Shown: positions 28,452 through 37,973, counted from the stretch's first letter. The stretch is DNA of 64,000 nucleotides from Candidatus Omnitrophota bacterium (GCA_030674475.1 JAUSCZ010000033.1:52018-116017), one strand, 5' to 3'. The notes: a model not told the origin generated them from the sequence alone. Numbers and translations: made by a program.

Positions 28452-29732
28452 TTGAGGTCTGACCCTATTAGCTCATTGACTGTTCACATAGGAGAATTAA
28501 ATGTGGCCATATATTTTTTCAATCAATACAGTGCTTTAATTAATGAATTTAACATAGACAATGATAAGGTGGGGCAACAAAAAAAGAAGATTTTTGTTTC
28601 GATGTGGTATGGAGAAGAAAATGATGGCACTAAGCAAGAACAATCGGATCTTTATGACGAATATTTTAAAGGAGCAATCGAGAAAAAAGGAATCTACAAA
28701 GTAATTTCTACAAAGATAAAAGATAATGATAAGGATATTGATATTGATTTTGGTCTGAAATATTTGCTTGAAACCACGATAGCTGATGATACTAGAAAAG
28801 ATGATATAAGTTTTGACATTTTCAGAAAGATTATCGAAGCCAGTCTAATTATTTGTGATGTTACGCCGATTGGAAAAATTCAGGATAAAGAAAAGCCGGT
28901 ATTTTGCGATAATGTCATGGCAGAATTAGGATTAAGCTTAGCATGGAAACTACCCGAACAAGTTATCATCCTTTTTAATATAGAAAATAGTTTTAAATTC
29001 TCCTTGAACGAGCTTCCATTCAATATCAAAGGCTATTTTGTCCACAGATTAGATTTCAATAATCAAAATTTTAAAAAAGACTTATTAAAGATTATTAAAG
29101 TAAGATTTGAAGGCATAAATGAAAAAAAGAGTATTTTTATAAAAAATATAAAGAGCAAGCTTGATCAGGATTCTATTAGCGCTTTAGCGGGACGAAATGG
29201 ATTGATGTTTTTTGATCAGAAAGTAGATGTGCATACGATTCGCTATTTATTATCTCTTGGTATTATACGAACCGAACAATTTCCATCAAGACCTATTAGT
29301 TTTGGATATTGTTTGACCGAAATGGGCAAAGTTGTTCTTACTCAACTCGGTATACAGTTATTTCCAGAAGAATTCATTGATTTTTATTTAGTGCGTTACT
29401 GGGAGGGATATTCTGCTGCGAAGGGTTATGCCCCGCACAATTTTGAAGAAAAGCAGAAAGCTTTCGAAAAAGCTTATGGAATTAAAGATTGGAAAGATAG
29501 TCTACGAATTTTTGTAGAACAAATACTGCAAGAGGTTAAAAAAGTAATTGAAGATGCTCCGACAGTAAAAAGAGGAATAGAAGAGCGTTCTAAGGAAAAA
29601 CAAAATGGATATAGTCATGATTTAGAGATTTTTCCCTATTTCGTTGATTCCTATCCCTTTGAGTTGGTGAATTCAACAGTTTCAAAATGGTTGAAGTTGA
29701 CGCATAATAAGAAGAAAAATGAATCAGCATGA
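28452..29732 (+). CDS. Hypothetical protein with nucleoside 2-deoxyribosyltransferase/TIR-like domain (start uncertain)
   Basis: IFVSM...DIFRKIIEASLIICDVT...NVMAELG pattern; AT-rich. Confidence 0.6.
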   Translation: MRSDPISSLTVHIGELNVAIYFFNQYSALINEFNIDNDKVGQQKKKIFVSMWYGEENDGTKQEQSDLYDEYFKGAIEKKGIYKVISTKIKDNDKDIDIDFGLKYLLETTIADDTRKDDISFDIFRKIIEASLIICDVTPIGKIQDKEKPVFCDNVMAELGLSLAWKLPEQVIILFNIENSFKFSLNELPFNIKGYFVHRLDFNNQNFKKDLLKIIKVRFEGINEKKSIFIKNIKSKLDQDSISALAGRNGLMFFDQKVDVHTIRYLLSLGIIRTEQFPSRPISFGYCLTEMGKVVLTQLGIQLFPEEFIDFYLVRYWEGYSAAKGYAPHNFEEKQKAFEKAYGIKDWKDSLRIFVEQILQEVKKVIEDAPTVKRGIEERSKEKQNGYSHDLEIFPYFVDSYPFELVNSTVSKWLKLTHNKKKNESA

Positions 29733-29802
29733 ACCAATTTAAGCGTCTCTACAATGTTACCCTCGGCTGATCCAGGATTTGTTTTTTAAAGGTAAAAAGA
29801 TA

Positions 29803-32064
29803 ATGAGATTATCGGATAACGAAAAAAGAGACGCGATAAAGTTGCTTCAGGAAGGGAAGCCTTTGCCTGATAAATACCGCTTTCTTTTGTTTGCTGATGA
29901 CCGGGAGGTTGAGCTGGTGTGGAATGGGAAGACGCAGGAAGTTTGCAATCTGGTTTTGCCCTTTCAGACTATTGAGCATATTGATGAGCCGAGGAGTGAG
30001 AGAATAAAAAAGGGCGGTTATGTTGGGGATTTGTTTGATCCCTCCGGGCGTCAGATTCGGGGATGGACGAATAAGCTGATATGGGGAGATAACAAGCTGA
30101 TTTTATCGTCTTTAAAGAATGGGCCAATGAGGCGGGAAATTGAAAAACAGGGCGGTTTAAAGCTGATCTATATTGACCCGCCGTTTGACGTGGGAGCGGA
30201 TTTTTCAATGAATGTTGAGATCGGAGACGAATCCTTCACCAAAAAGCCGTCAGTTATTGAAGAGGTAGCTTATCGGGATACCTGGGGGCAAGGTGCGGAT
30301 AGCTTTATTGCTATGATTTACGAGCGGTTGAAGCTCATGCACGGACTTTTGGCGGATGACGGCAGTATTTATGTGCATTGTGATACACGTGTTAGTTCAT
30401 ATATGAAATTAGTACTAGATGATGTGTTTTCCAAAGAAAATTTCATCAATGAAATCATTTGGAAAAGATCAACTGCCCATAGCGACAATAGAGCTTATGG
30501 AAATCTGCATGATACGATTTTCTATTACACAAAAAGCGATGATGCAGTCTTTAATCCCGTTTATGATCCCTATTCGGAAGACTACATTCAAACCTATTAT
30601 CGGCATGATGACGCTAAGGGTAAATTCTTGGATCGAGATTTGTCTGCAAAAGGTTTATCAGGCGGAGGCTATCAGTATGAATGGAAAGGTAAAAATGGAA
30701 TTTGGCGTTGTCCAAAGACCACTATGGAGCGATACGAAGCCGAGGATAAAATATATTACACTTCCAACGGTACACCACGATATAAGCAATATCTAAATGA
30801 GATGCCGGGTATTTCTGCGCAAGACATTTGGACCAATATATTTGCGGTTAATTCACAAGCCAAAGAGCGAATAGACTATCCAACACAAAAACCAGAGACT
30901 CTTCTTGAGCGTATTATCAAAGCGTCTTCCAACGAAGGCGATCTTGTTGCTGATTTCTTTTGTGGTTCCGGCACGACTTTAGCAGTTGCGGAAAAATTGG
31001 GGCGGAAATGGATTGGTGCAGATCTCGGACGTTTTGCTATTCATACATCCCGTAAGCGGTTAATTCAGGTTCAGCGCGAGATGAAAAAAGAGGGTAAGAA
31101 TTTTAGGGCGTTTGAGATTCTTAACCTCGGCAAATATGAGCGGGAGCAATATGTCAATGTTGATGTGGATATCCGGGAGCAGGAAAAACAGCAGATTTTA
31201 GAAAACAAAGAAAAGCAGTTTATTGAACTGATCCTTTCTGCCTATAACGCCCAAGCTGTGGATTCTTACAATTCGTTTGTCGGTAAGAAGCGTGACCGGC
31301 TGGTTGCGGTCGGTCCTGTTGATACGCCGGTATCAGCCGCTTTTGTTGATCAGGCGATTAAGGAAGCTAAGGAGAAAGGAATCACTAAATTTGATGTTCT
31401 CGGTTTTGATTATGAGATGGGGATTGATTTCGCGCAACTTAGCCGCCAGGGCGTTGATGTGCAGTTTAAGGTTATTCCCCGGGAAGTTTTTGACCGCCGC
31501 GCGGTGGAAAAAGGGCAGGTGAAATTCTACGATGTTGCCTACATTGAAGTGAAGCCGATCATCAAAGGGCGGGGGAATAATAAAACGATAGCGGTTGAAC
31601 TGTGCGATTTCAGCGTATTTTATAATCAGGACAGCGTTGAAGAGATAGAGGGATCGCTTAAAGAAGGTTCAAGTAAGATCGTAATTGAGAATGGACAAGT
31701 TATTAAGGTATCCAAAGACAAAAAGACAGCGGTGGTAACTAAAGAAGTTTTGACCAAGAAATGGACGGACTGGGTGGATTACTGGTCGGTTGATTTTAAT
31801 ATGGAGAACAGAAAAGAGATTGTCCGGGTGCCGGTAAATCCCCCCTTGCTCCCCTTTTCCAAAGGGGGGTTGGAATTTGAAGAAAAATGGACTGGCGGGT
31901 ATATATTTGAAAATGAGTGGCAGTCATTCAGGACAAAAAAAGAGAGAAAACTTGAGCTTATATCTGCTGAGAAAGAAGTTTCCCTGGGGCGGCGTAAGAT
32001 TGCCGTTAAGGTGGTTGATATTTTCGGCAATGATACGACAAGAGTAATTGAGGTTAATATATGA
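29803..32064 (+). CDS. mod: Type III R-M system methyltransferase (Mod)
   Basis: YIDPPF (motif IV) before DFFCGSGT (motif I), YPTQKPE; adjacent to res. Confidence 0.9.
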   Translation: MRLSDNEKRDAIKLLQEGKPLPDKYRFLLFADDREVELVWNGKTQEVCNLVLPFQTIEHIDEPRSERIKKGGYVGDLFDPSGRQIRGWTNKLIWGDNKLILSSLKNGPMRREIEKQGGLKLIYIDPPFDVGADFSMNVEIGDESFTKKPSVIEEVAYRDTWGQGADSFIAMIYERLKLMHGLLADDGSIYVHCDTRVSSYMKLVLDDVFSKENFINEIIWKRSTAHSDNRAYGNLHDTIFYYTKSDDAVFNPVYDPYSEDYIQTYYRHDDAKGKFLDRDLSAKGLSGGGYQYEWKGKNGIWRCPKTTMERYEAEDKIYYTSNGTPRYKQYLNEMPGISAQDIWTNIFAVNSQAKERIDYPTQKPETLLERIIKASSNEGDLVADFFCGSGTTLAVAEKLGRKWIGADLGRFAIHTSRKRLIQVQREMKKEGKNFRAFEILNLGKYEREQYVNVDVDIREQEKQQILENKEKQFIELILSAYNAQAVDSYNSFVGKKRDRLVAVGPVDTPVSAAFVDQAIKEAKEKGITKFDVLGFDYEMGIDFAQLSRQGVDVQFKVIPREVFDRRAVEKGQVKFYDVAYIEVKPIIKGRGNNKTIAVELCDFSVFYNQDSVEEIEGSLKEGSSKIVIENGQVIKVSKDKKTAVVTKEVLTKKWTDWVDYWSVDFNMENRKEIVRVPVNPPLLPFSKGGLEFEEKWTGGYIFENEWQSFRTKKERKLELISAEKEVSLGRRKIAVKVVDIFGNDTTRVIEVNI

Positions 32065-32165
32065 ATCAATTAAGCAATGACCATTTCGAGGATATCCTCG
32101 AAATGGTAGATAGCAGAAAACATAAAAAAGATTACGAGCAAAAAAAGCAAGAGGTTATTATTTAG

Positions 32166-32963
32166 ATGAAGTGTATCCATATTTATTCAGATGAAAGTCG
32201 GCATAGAAATGAACGATTTTTGCTCCTGGCGGGCTTATGGATTGAGGAATCAAAAATCAAAGCGGCTGAGAATGAAATTACTGCTTTCCGCAAAAAACAC
32301 GGTTTCGTTAATTCTCAAGGGCAGCATGCCGATTTTCTTGGTGAGTTTAAGTGGACAAAGGTTTCTCAGCGTTATTTGCCGGTCTATAAAGAATTGGCTG
32401 ATATAGCGTTTAAATGGATTGCGGAAGATAGAGCTCGTTTTAATGTGATTCTTGTTGACACTCAGGATGCAGCTGTTACGGCGTTCGGAAACATAAAGGA
32501 AGAGGGATATTTTAAGCTTCTTTATCAGCTTTATTACCACAATTCAAAAACTCCTGCTCTATATAAAATCTATCCTGACAGTATCACTAATCCGGTTCAA
32601 GCGCGCGTTAGTCTTGATAAGCTACAGCAGTGTCTTGAAGTGGCCCTGCGCAACAGGTTTCTACCGCTTCTGAACCCCGCGGAGACTCAAGAGCCGGTCT
32701 CTTTTGTGAATAATATTTTACCAATTGATTCAAAGCATGCGCCGTTTATTCAGATTGCCGATGTGATCATGGGCGCGATCGGGTACTTACAAAACGGTTT
32801 GTTTAGAAATCCCGCGGCGAAAAAGGCAAAAGTTGAATTGATGAAATATATTTTTGATAAAATAACTCTATCGGGCGCTATACAGGTGCAAGGAAAGAAA
32901 TACTTTGTCGCGCGGTCAACGAAGTTTAATATATGGTTGTTCCGGCCAAAAAAAACCTCTTAA
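32166..32963 (+). CDS. DUF3800-like protein
   Basis: N-terminal YSDES and C-terminal DSK...IQIADV motifs typical of DUF3800. Confidence 0.8.
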   Translation: MKCIHIYSDESRHRNERFLLLAGLWIEESKIKAAENEITAFRKKHGFVNSQGQHADFLGEFKWTKVSQRYLPVYKELADIAFKWIAEDRARFNVILVDTQDAAVTAFGNIKEEGYFKLLYQLYYHNSKTPALYKIYPDSITNPVQARVSLDKLQQCLEVALRNRFLPLLNPAETQEPVSFVNNILPIDSKHAPFIQIADVIMGAIGYLQNGLFRNPAAKKAKVELMKYIFDKITLSGAIQVQGKKYFVARSTKFNIWLFRPKKTS

Positions 32964-32982
32964 AATTTTAAGAGGTTTTTTT
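32948..32982. terminator. Bidirectional intrinsic terminator
   Basis: A8-CCTCTTAAAATTTTAAGAGG-T7 palindrome overlapping the DUF3800 stop codon. Confidence 0.75.
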
Positions 32983-33049
32983 GGAGTCCTGGGCCCTGGG
33001 TCAATGCCCCGTGTGACATCAGTCACAGGATACGTGACCCAGTAACTCC
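32948..33049 (-). ncRNA. Candidate structured ncRNA convergent with the DUF3800 gene
   Basis: Nested stems GGAGT/ACTCC, CTGGGTCA/TGACCCAG and TGTGAC/GTCACA; minus-strand promoter upstream and terminator downstream. Confidence 0.6.
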
Positions 33050-33055
33050 AAAAAT

Positions 33056-33083
33056 AGGATATCACAAATCTCGAGTTTGTCAA
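33056..33083 (-). promoter_or_regulatory. Minus-strand sigma70 promoter for the candidate ncRNA
   Basis: Reverse complement reads TTGACA-16 nt-TATCCT with extended -10 TG. Confidence 0.55.
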
Positions 33084-33112
33084 GGTTTTAGATAGATAGA
33101 GAGAGAAATAAT

Positions 33113-35797
33113 ATGGCATTGCATAAAGATTTTCCTAAGGATAAGTTCGCGATTTTAGAACCGGAGATTCGCTGGTTTCCGGCTGATGAGGCGTTGCGTG
33201 CCCCGGGAGGCTATGAAAAACTGCTCCCGCCTTTTGTGCCGGAATTGAGAAAGCGTGTTAAGGAGTGGCGGGATAAGGGCTACGAGGGGGCGAGCGCGGT
33301 ATCAAAGGCTCTTTTAAGCTGGTGGTTCAAAGAAGAACATCTTGGCTTTGGGGTGGACGGCAACGCGTTTTCATTCCGGTATTATTTTGCCCAGCGTGAG
33401 GCAGTTGAAACTATTATCTGGTTGTATGATGTTGCCGGAGTACGAAACAAATATGACCTTTTGCCGTTTGATTCATTGGGGCGGGTAAGCCCGAATATGT
33501 TTGATGAGGACTGGCTTAGGTTAGTTATTAAGATGGCCACCGGAAGCGGCAAAACAAAGGTAATGAGTTTGCTTCTGGCATGGTCTTATTTTCATAAGCT
33601 CTATGAGCCGGAGTCGGGGCTTTCCCGCAATTTTCTTTTAATTACGCCGAATATTATCGTGCTTGAGCGTATCAAGACCGATTTTGGCGGATTAAAGATA
33701 TTCCATCATGACCCTGTTTTGCCGGATAATGGATATGAAGGTAGAAACTGGCAGGATGATTTTCAGATAACCTTGCATTTACAAGATGATTTGACCGCGA
33801 TTTCTCCTACCGGAAATATTTTTCTTACCAATATACACCGTGTTTATGAGGGCGATGTCAAGGAGTCGTCTTTTAGCGATGGGGATTTGACGGATTATTT
33901 TTTAGGGAAAAAGCCTGTTTCAAAAACAAACGAATCCTTGGTTGAGCTTAGTAATGTGGTCCGGGAAATTGATGAGATCGTTGTTTTTAACGATGAAGCC
34001 CATCACATTCACGATCCCAAGATGGCCTGGTGGACATCAATCCAAGATATAAATAATAAATTGAAACAGAAAGGCAGGCAGATTTCTTTACAGATAGACT
34101 GCACGGCAACGCCAAAACATGATAATGGATCAATCTTCGTGCAGACGATTTCCGATTATCCGCTGGTTGAGGCAATTTATCAAGGGGTGGTTAAGACTCC
34201 CGTGCTTCCGGATCAGGCCAGCCGGGCCAAATTACAGGAAAAACAGAGCGCGCTGTTTACCGAGAAATATGAAGATTATATCAATCTTGGTATCGAAGAA
34301 TGGAAAAAGGCTTCCAAGGAACTTGAACCGACCGGGAAAAAAGCTATTTTGTTTATTATGACCGATGATACAAAAAACTGTGATGAGGTGCAGGCGTATT
34401 TAGAAAAGAATTATTCCGCTTTAAACGGTAAAGTTTTGACTATTCATACGAATAAAAGCGGTGATATATCGGAAAAGGTAACCGGTAAGGCCAAGGAAGA
34501 ATTGGATCGCCTGCGGAAAGAAGCCAATGAAATTGATGGACTGGAAAGCCCTTATCAGGTAATCGTTTCGGTTTTAATGCTCAAGGAAGGATGGGATGTT
34601 AAGAACGTTACCACAATAGTAGGCCTTCGAGCATACGCGGCGGCATCAAACATTTTGCCGGAGCAAACGCTTGGCCGGGGTTTGAGGCGGATGTTTTTCG
34701 GCCAGGAAGATGTGGAAGAATATGTAAGCGTGGTGGGAACGCCGGCATTTATGGATTTTGTGGAGTCAATTAAGGCGGAAGGCGTGGATTTGGAAAAGCG
34801 AAAGATGGACTTAACGACAAAGGCGATTACGCCGACGGTCATTGAAGTTGACCGGGACAATCCCAAAAAAGATATTCAAAGGTTGGATATTGAGCTTCCG
34901 ATTTTAACGCCGAGGATTCAGAGGGAATACAAAGACTTGGCGAGTTTGAATGTAGCAGGTTTTCAGCATGGTAAGTTGAAGGTAAAGACGTTTAGCGAGC
35001 AGGAGCAGCGAGAGATTGTGTTCAAGCACGTGGTTGAAGAAAAGGTTCACCATACGACTATTCTGGAAAGCAATATTGAGCCGAACTATCAGAGCGTGGT
35101 TGGTTTTTTCGCTCAAAGCATTATGCGGGAGCTTCGCCTTTTTGGGTGTTACGACATTTTATTCGGTAAGGTTAAAGAGTTTATTTATTCGCGCCTGTTT
35201 GAAACAGCGGTTGACCTTAATGACAAGAATGTTTTAAGAAACCTTTCAGAAATTGAAGCCATAAAGACAATAATCCAGACTTTTAAGAATGAAATCAACG
35301 CCTTAACGGTGAAGGATGTTGGTGATACCGAGATTAAGAATTATATTAAGGTCAGCAGCAGCCGCCCGTTTGTCGTTAATGACCGGATGTATTTAGTGCC
35401 CAAGAAAAGCGTATTTAACAGAATTGTCGCAGATAATCAGTTTGAGCTTGATTTCGCGGATTTCCTGGAACGATTGGGCGATGATGAAGTTATTTCCTTC
35501 GCGAAGAATTATTATGGAGTGCATTTTAAGATAGACTATAAGAACGCCGACGGGACGATAGCGAATTATTACCCGGACTTCTTTGTTAAAACTGATGAAA
35601 AGACGGTGTATATCGTTGAGACTAAGGGGCGCGAGGATTTGGATGATTCTTTGAAGATTAAAAGGCTTGCTCAATGGTGCGATGACGCGAACGCCCGGCA
35701 GAAAAAGATTACTTATAAAATGCTCTATGTGAAGCAGGAAGTTTGGGAGAAGTATAAGCCTAAGAATTGGAAAGAGCTTATTGTTGCTTGCAATTAA
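33113..35797 (+). CDS. res: Type III R-M system restriction subunit (Res)
   Basis: MATGSGKT Walker A, DEAHH, EGWDV, QTLGRGLR; C-terminal PD...ETK nuclease motif. Confidence 0.92.
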   Translation: MALHKDFPKDKFAILEPEIRWFPADEALRAPGGYEKLLPPFVPELRKRVKEWRDKGYEGASAVSKALLSWWFKEEHLGFGVDGNAFSFRYYFAQREAVETIIWLYDVAGVRNKYDLLPFDSLGRVSPNMFDEDWLRLVIKMATGSGKTKVMSLLLAWSYFHKLYEPESGLSRNFLLITPNIIVLERIKTDFGGLKIFHHDPVLPDNGYEGRNWQDDFQITLHLQDDLTAISPTGNIFLTNIHRVYEGDVKESSFSDGDLTDYFLGKKPVSKTNESLVELSNVVREIDEIVVFNDEAHHIHDPKMAWWTSIQDINNKLKQKGRQISLQIDCTATPKHDNGSIFVQTISDYPLVEAIYQGVVKTPVLPDQASRAKLQEKQSALFTEKYEDYINLGIEEWKKASKELEPTGKKAILFIMTDDTKNCDEVQAYLEKNYSALNGKVLTIHTNKSGDISEKVTGKAKEELDRLRKEANEIDGLESPYQVIVSVLMLKEGWDVKNVTTIVGLRAYAAASNILPEQTLGRGLRRMFFGQEDVEEYVSVVGTPAFMDFVESIKAEGVDLEKRKMDLTTKAITPTVIEVDRDNPKKDIQRLDIELPILTPRIQREYKDLASLNVAGFQHGKLKVKTFSEQEQREIVFKHVVEEKVHHTTILESNIEPNYQSVVGFFAQSIMRELRLFGCYDILFGKVKEFIYSRLFETAVDLNDKNVLRNLSEIEAIKTIIQTFKNEINALTVKDVGDTEIKNYIKVSSSRPFVVNDRMYLVPKKSVFNRIVADNQFELDFADFLERLGDDEVISFAKNYYGVHFKIDYKNADGTIANYYPDFFVKTDEKTVYIVETKGREDLDDSLKIKRLAQWCDDANARQKKITYKMLYVKQEVWEKYKPKNWKELIVACN

Positions 35798-35837
35798 AAG
35801 AAAGTCTGAAGAAGCAACTTGGACAAAGAATTGAAAT

Positions 35838-36632
35838 ATGGATGAAGGAATACTTAGGGTTTTTCAGGGGCGGGAGATTGAGGCGGCGCGCAATCATATA
35901 ATCGGGAAGAGAATCTACAAGTATGATACTGCCGGCTCGACTAATGATTTGGCTTTTCTTAATGCCTTAAAGGGCGAAAAAGAAGGCAGTGTTTTTTGGG
36001 CTCGGGCCCAGACTAAGGGCCGGGGGAGGCTTGGCCGGCGCTGGGTTTCCCATAAGGATAAAGGGCTTTATTTTTCGGTAATCTTAAGGCCGGATATTCA
36101 GCTTAAGGAAGCGCCGAAGATTACCCTCTTGGGCGCCCTGGCTATGTGCCAGGCCTTGCGTAAGTTTTCCGGCCAGCCTTTTTTAATCAAATGGCCCAAC
36201 GACCTGGTTATTGAGGATAAAAAGATCGGCGGGATACTTACCGAGATGGATGCTGAAATCAACAAGGTCCGATTTATCATTATCGGTATCGGCCTGAATA
36301 CCAATCTCGCCCAGGGCGAACTGCCGATTAAGGAAGCAGTGTCTTTAAAGATACTGCTTAAGCAAGAGATAAATCCGGAAGGCCTCTTAAGTGTATGCCT
36401 TAAGGAATTAGACGGTTATTATTATCAATTCCAAAAAGAAGGTTTTTCGGGTATAATTAAAGAAATTAGGAATTTCTCCAGCCTCTGGGGTAAGCAGGTC
36501 AAGGTCAATGGCGTAGACGCGGGCACGGCTATTGACTTTGATGAAGAGGGGGCATTGGTGGCGCGTCAGGCCAGCGGTGTGCGTAAGCATATTTATGCCG
36601 GCGATGTGGAGTTGTTGAGGTCGGGCTTATGA
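35838..36632 (+). CDS. birA: Biotin--protein ligase (no N-terminal HTH)
   Basis: STND, QTKGRGRLGRRW, KWPND and KIGGIL motifs. Confidence 0.93.
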   Translation: MDEGILRVFQGREIEAARNHIIGKRIYKYDTAGSTNDLAFLNALKGEKEGSVFWARAQTKGRGRLGRRWVSHKDKGLYFSVILRPDIQLKEAPKITLLGALAMCQALRKFSGQPFLIKWPNDLVIEDKKIGGILTEMDAEINKVRFIIIGIGLNTNLAQGELPIKEAVSLKILLKQEINPEGLLSVCLKELDGYYYQFQKEGFSGIIKEIRNFSSLWGKQVKVNGVDAGTAIDFDEEGALVARQASGVRKHIYAGDVELLRSGL

Positions 36633-37390
36633 TTTTAGTTTATGATATAGGAAACACCAATATCACCGCGGGTTTATTCCAAGGGAAGCGGTTAGTTTAT
36701 AAAACTAAATTCCCAACTGCTAAAGTAGGGAACGGTTTAGAACCGTTCCCTACGAGAATTGCCTTTTCTCAAATAAAGGCGATAATTATTTGTAGCGTGG
36801 TTCCCCGGGCACTTACATCTTTAAAGGCCTCTTTTAAAACCTTAAAAAATATCCCGGTCTATTGTTTGGGCAAGAATCTTACTGCCCCAATTAAAAATCT
36901 CTATGCCCGGCCTAAGCAGGTGGGCCAGGACCGCTTAGTCAATGCCTATGCCGCCTCCAGGCTTTACGGCGCGCCTTTAGTGGTTATTGACTTTGGCACG
37001 GCAGTTACTTTGGATGTGATTTCTAAGAACCAGGAGTATCTGGGAGGGATGATCCTTCCCGGATTAGAGCTTTCCTTAGACGCCCTCTCTACGCGCGCCG
37101 CTTTACTGCCTAAAGTAAAATTAGAAAGACCTAAGGAATTTATCGGCCGGGATACTAAAAGCAGTATGCTTAGCGGCGTAGTTTATGGCTTCGCGGCTTT
37201 AATTGATAGTCTAAGCCAAAGGATAAAAAAGGAAATAGGCGATTCGGCCAAAGTCATCGGTACCGGAGGAAACATTAATTTGATGGCTAAATATTGCCAA
37301 AGCTTAGATAAGATTGACCCGGATTTAACCCTCAAAGGCTTGAATTTGGTATTTCGGCATTATGAGGAAAAAAGACCAGAGTTAAATTAA
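36629..37390 (+). CDS. coaX: Type III pantothenate kinase
   Basis: DIGNTN, GQDR, DFGTA, GGMILPG and TGG motifs. Confidence 0.93.
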   Translation: MILVYDIGNTNITAGLFQGKRLVYKTKFPTAKVGNGLEPFPTRIAFSQIKAIIICSVVPRALTSLKASFKTLKNIPVYCLGKNLTAPIKNLYARPKQVGQDRLVNAYAASRLYGAPLVVIDFGTAVTLDVISKNQEYLGGMILPGLELSLDALSTRAALLPKVKLERPKEFIGRDTKSSMLSGVVYGFAALIDSLSQRIKKEIGDSAKVIGTGGNINLMAKYCQSLDKIDPDLTLKGLNLVFRHYEEKRPELN

Positions 37391-37637
37391 GTCTGGCGGA
37401 TAATGGTAAAATAGGGTAAAATAATAAAGGTTAAGGCTTAGGTCAAGGCTAAGACAAGCTTAACCTAAACCTTAGCCTCAGCCTTTTCTTTTAACCATTT
37501 GTTAACCGCGGAGGCGCGGAAGATAAGGGAAACAAAAGATTCCGCGGAAACGCAGAAGAAGACTTATTGAATTTCCGCGCTTCAGCGGAGAGTATTTATC
37601 TTAATTCAGCGTTTCAGCGGTTGCAAGGGAGGAAGAT

Positions 37638-37973
37638 ATGGCTATTTCCAGAAAGGGTTTTTTAAAGTTATCGCTAGGAATTGTTTCCGGTCTTTTATTA
37701 GGCGGCGCGGCTAAGGGGGCGAAATCGTTATTGGCCCAGACTGAGACAACAAAAGTAATAGAAACTATGTATAAAGTGGGAGATAAGGTTCTCCAGGCCG
37801 GCAGGTATCAGTGCAGTGTGTGTAAATTTATTGTGGAATACCTGCCTAAGCATATTGAAAATGGAGTAACCTTTGGAATTTGCACGGTTTGTTATTCCGG
37901 AACCGAAAAAGGGCCCAAAAAGCCCAACGAAGAATTTTGGAAATATATTGGACAAGCCGCCAACGGCGGGTAA
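37638..37973 (+). CDS. Small Tat-signal protein with two CxxC motifs
   Basis: SRKGFLK plus hydrophobic stretch; CSVC and CTVC. Confidence 0.65.
   Translation: MAISRKGFLKLSLGIVSGLLLGGAAKGAKSLLAQTETTKVIETMYKVGDKVLQAGRYQCSVCKFIVEYLPKHIENGVTFGICTVCYSGTEKGPKKPNEEFWKYIGQAANGG

Noticed and set aside
29803-32064. Phase-variable simple sequence repeat in mod
   Set aside because: No long SSR tract in the 5' coding region; only short homopolymers
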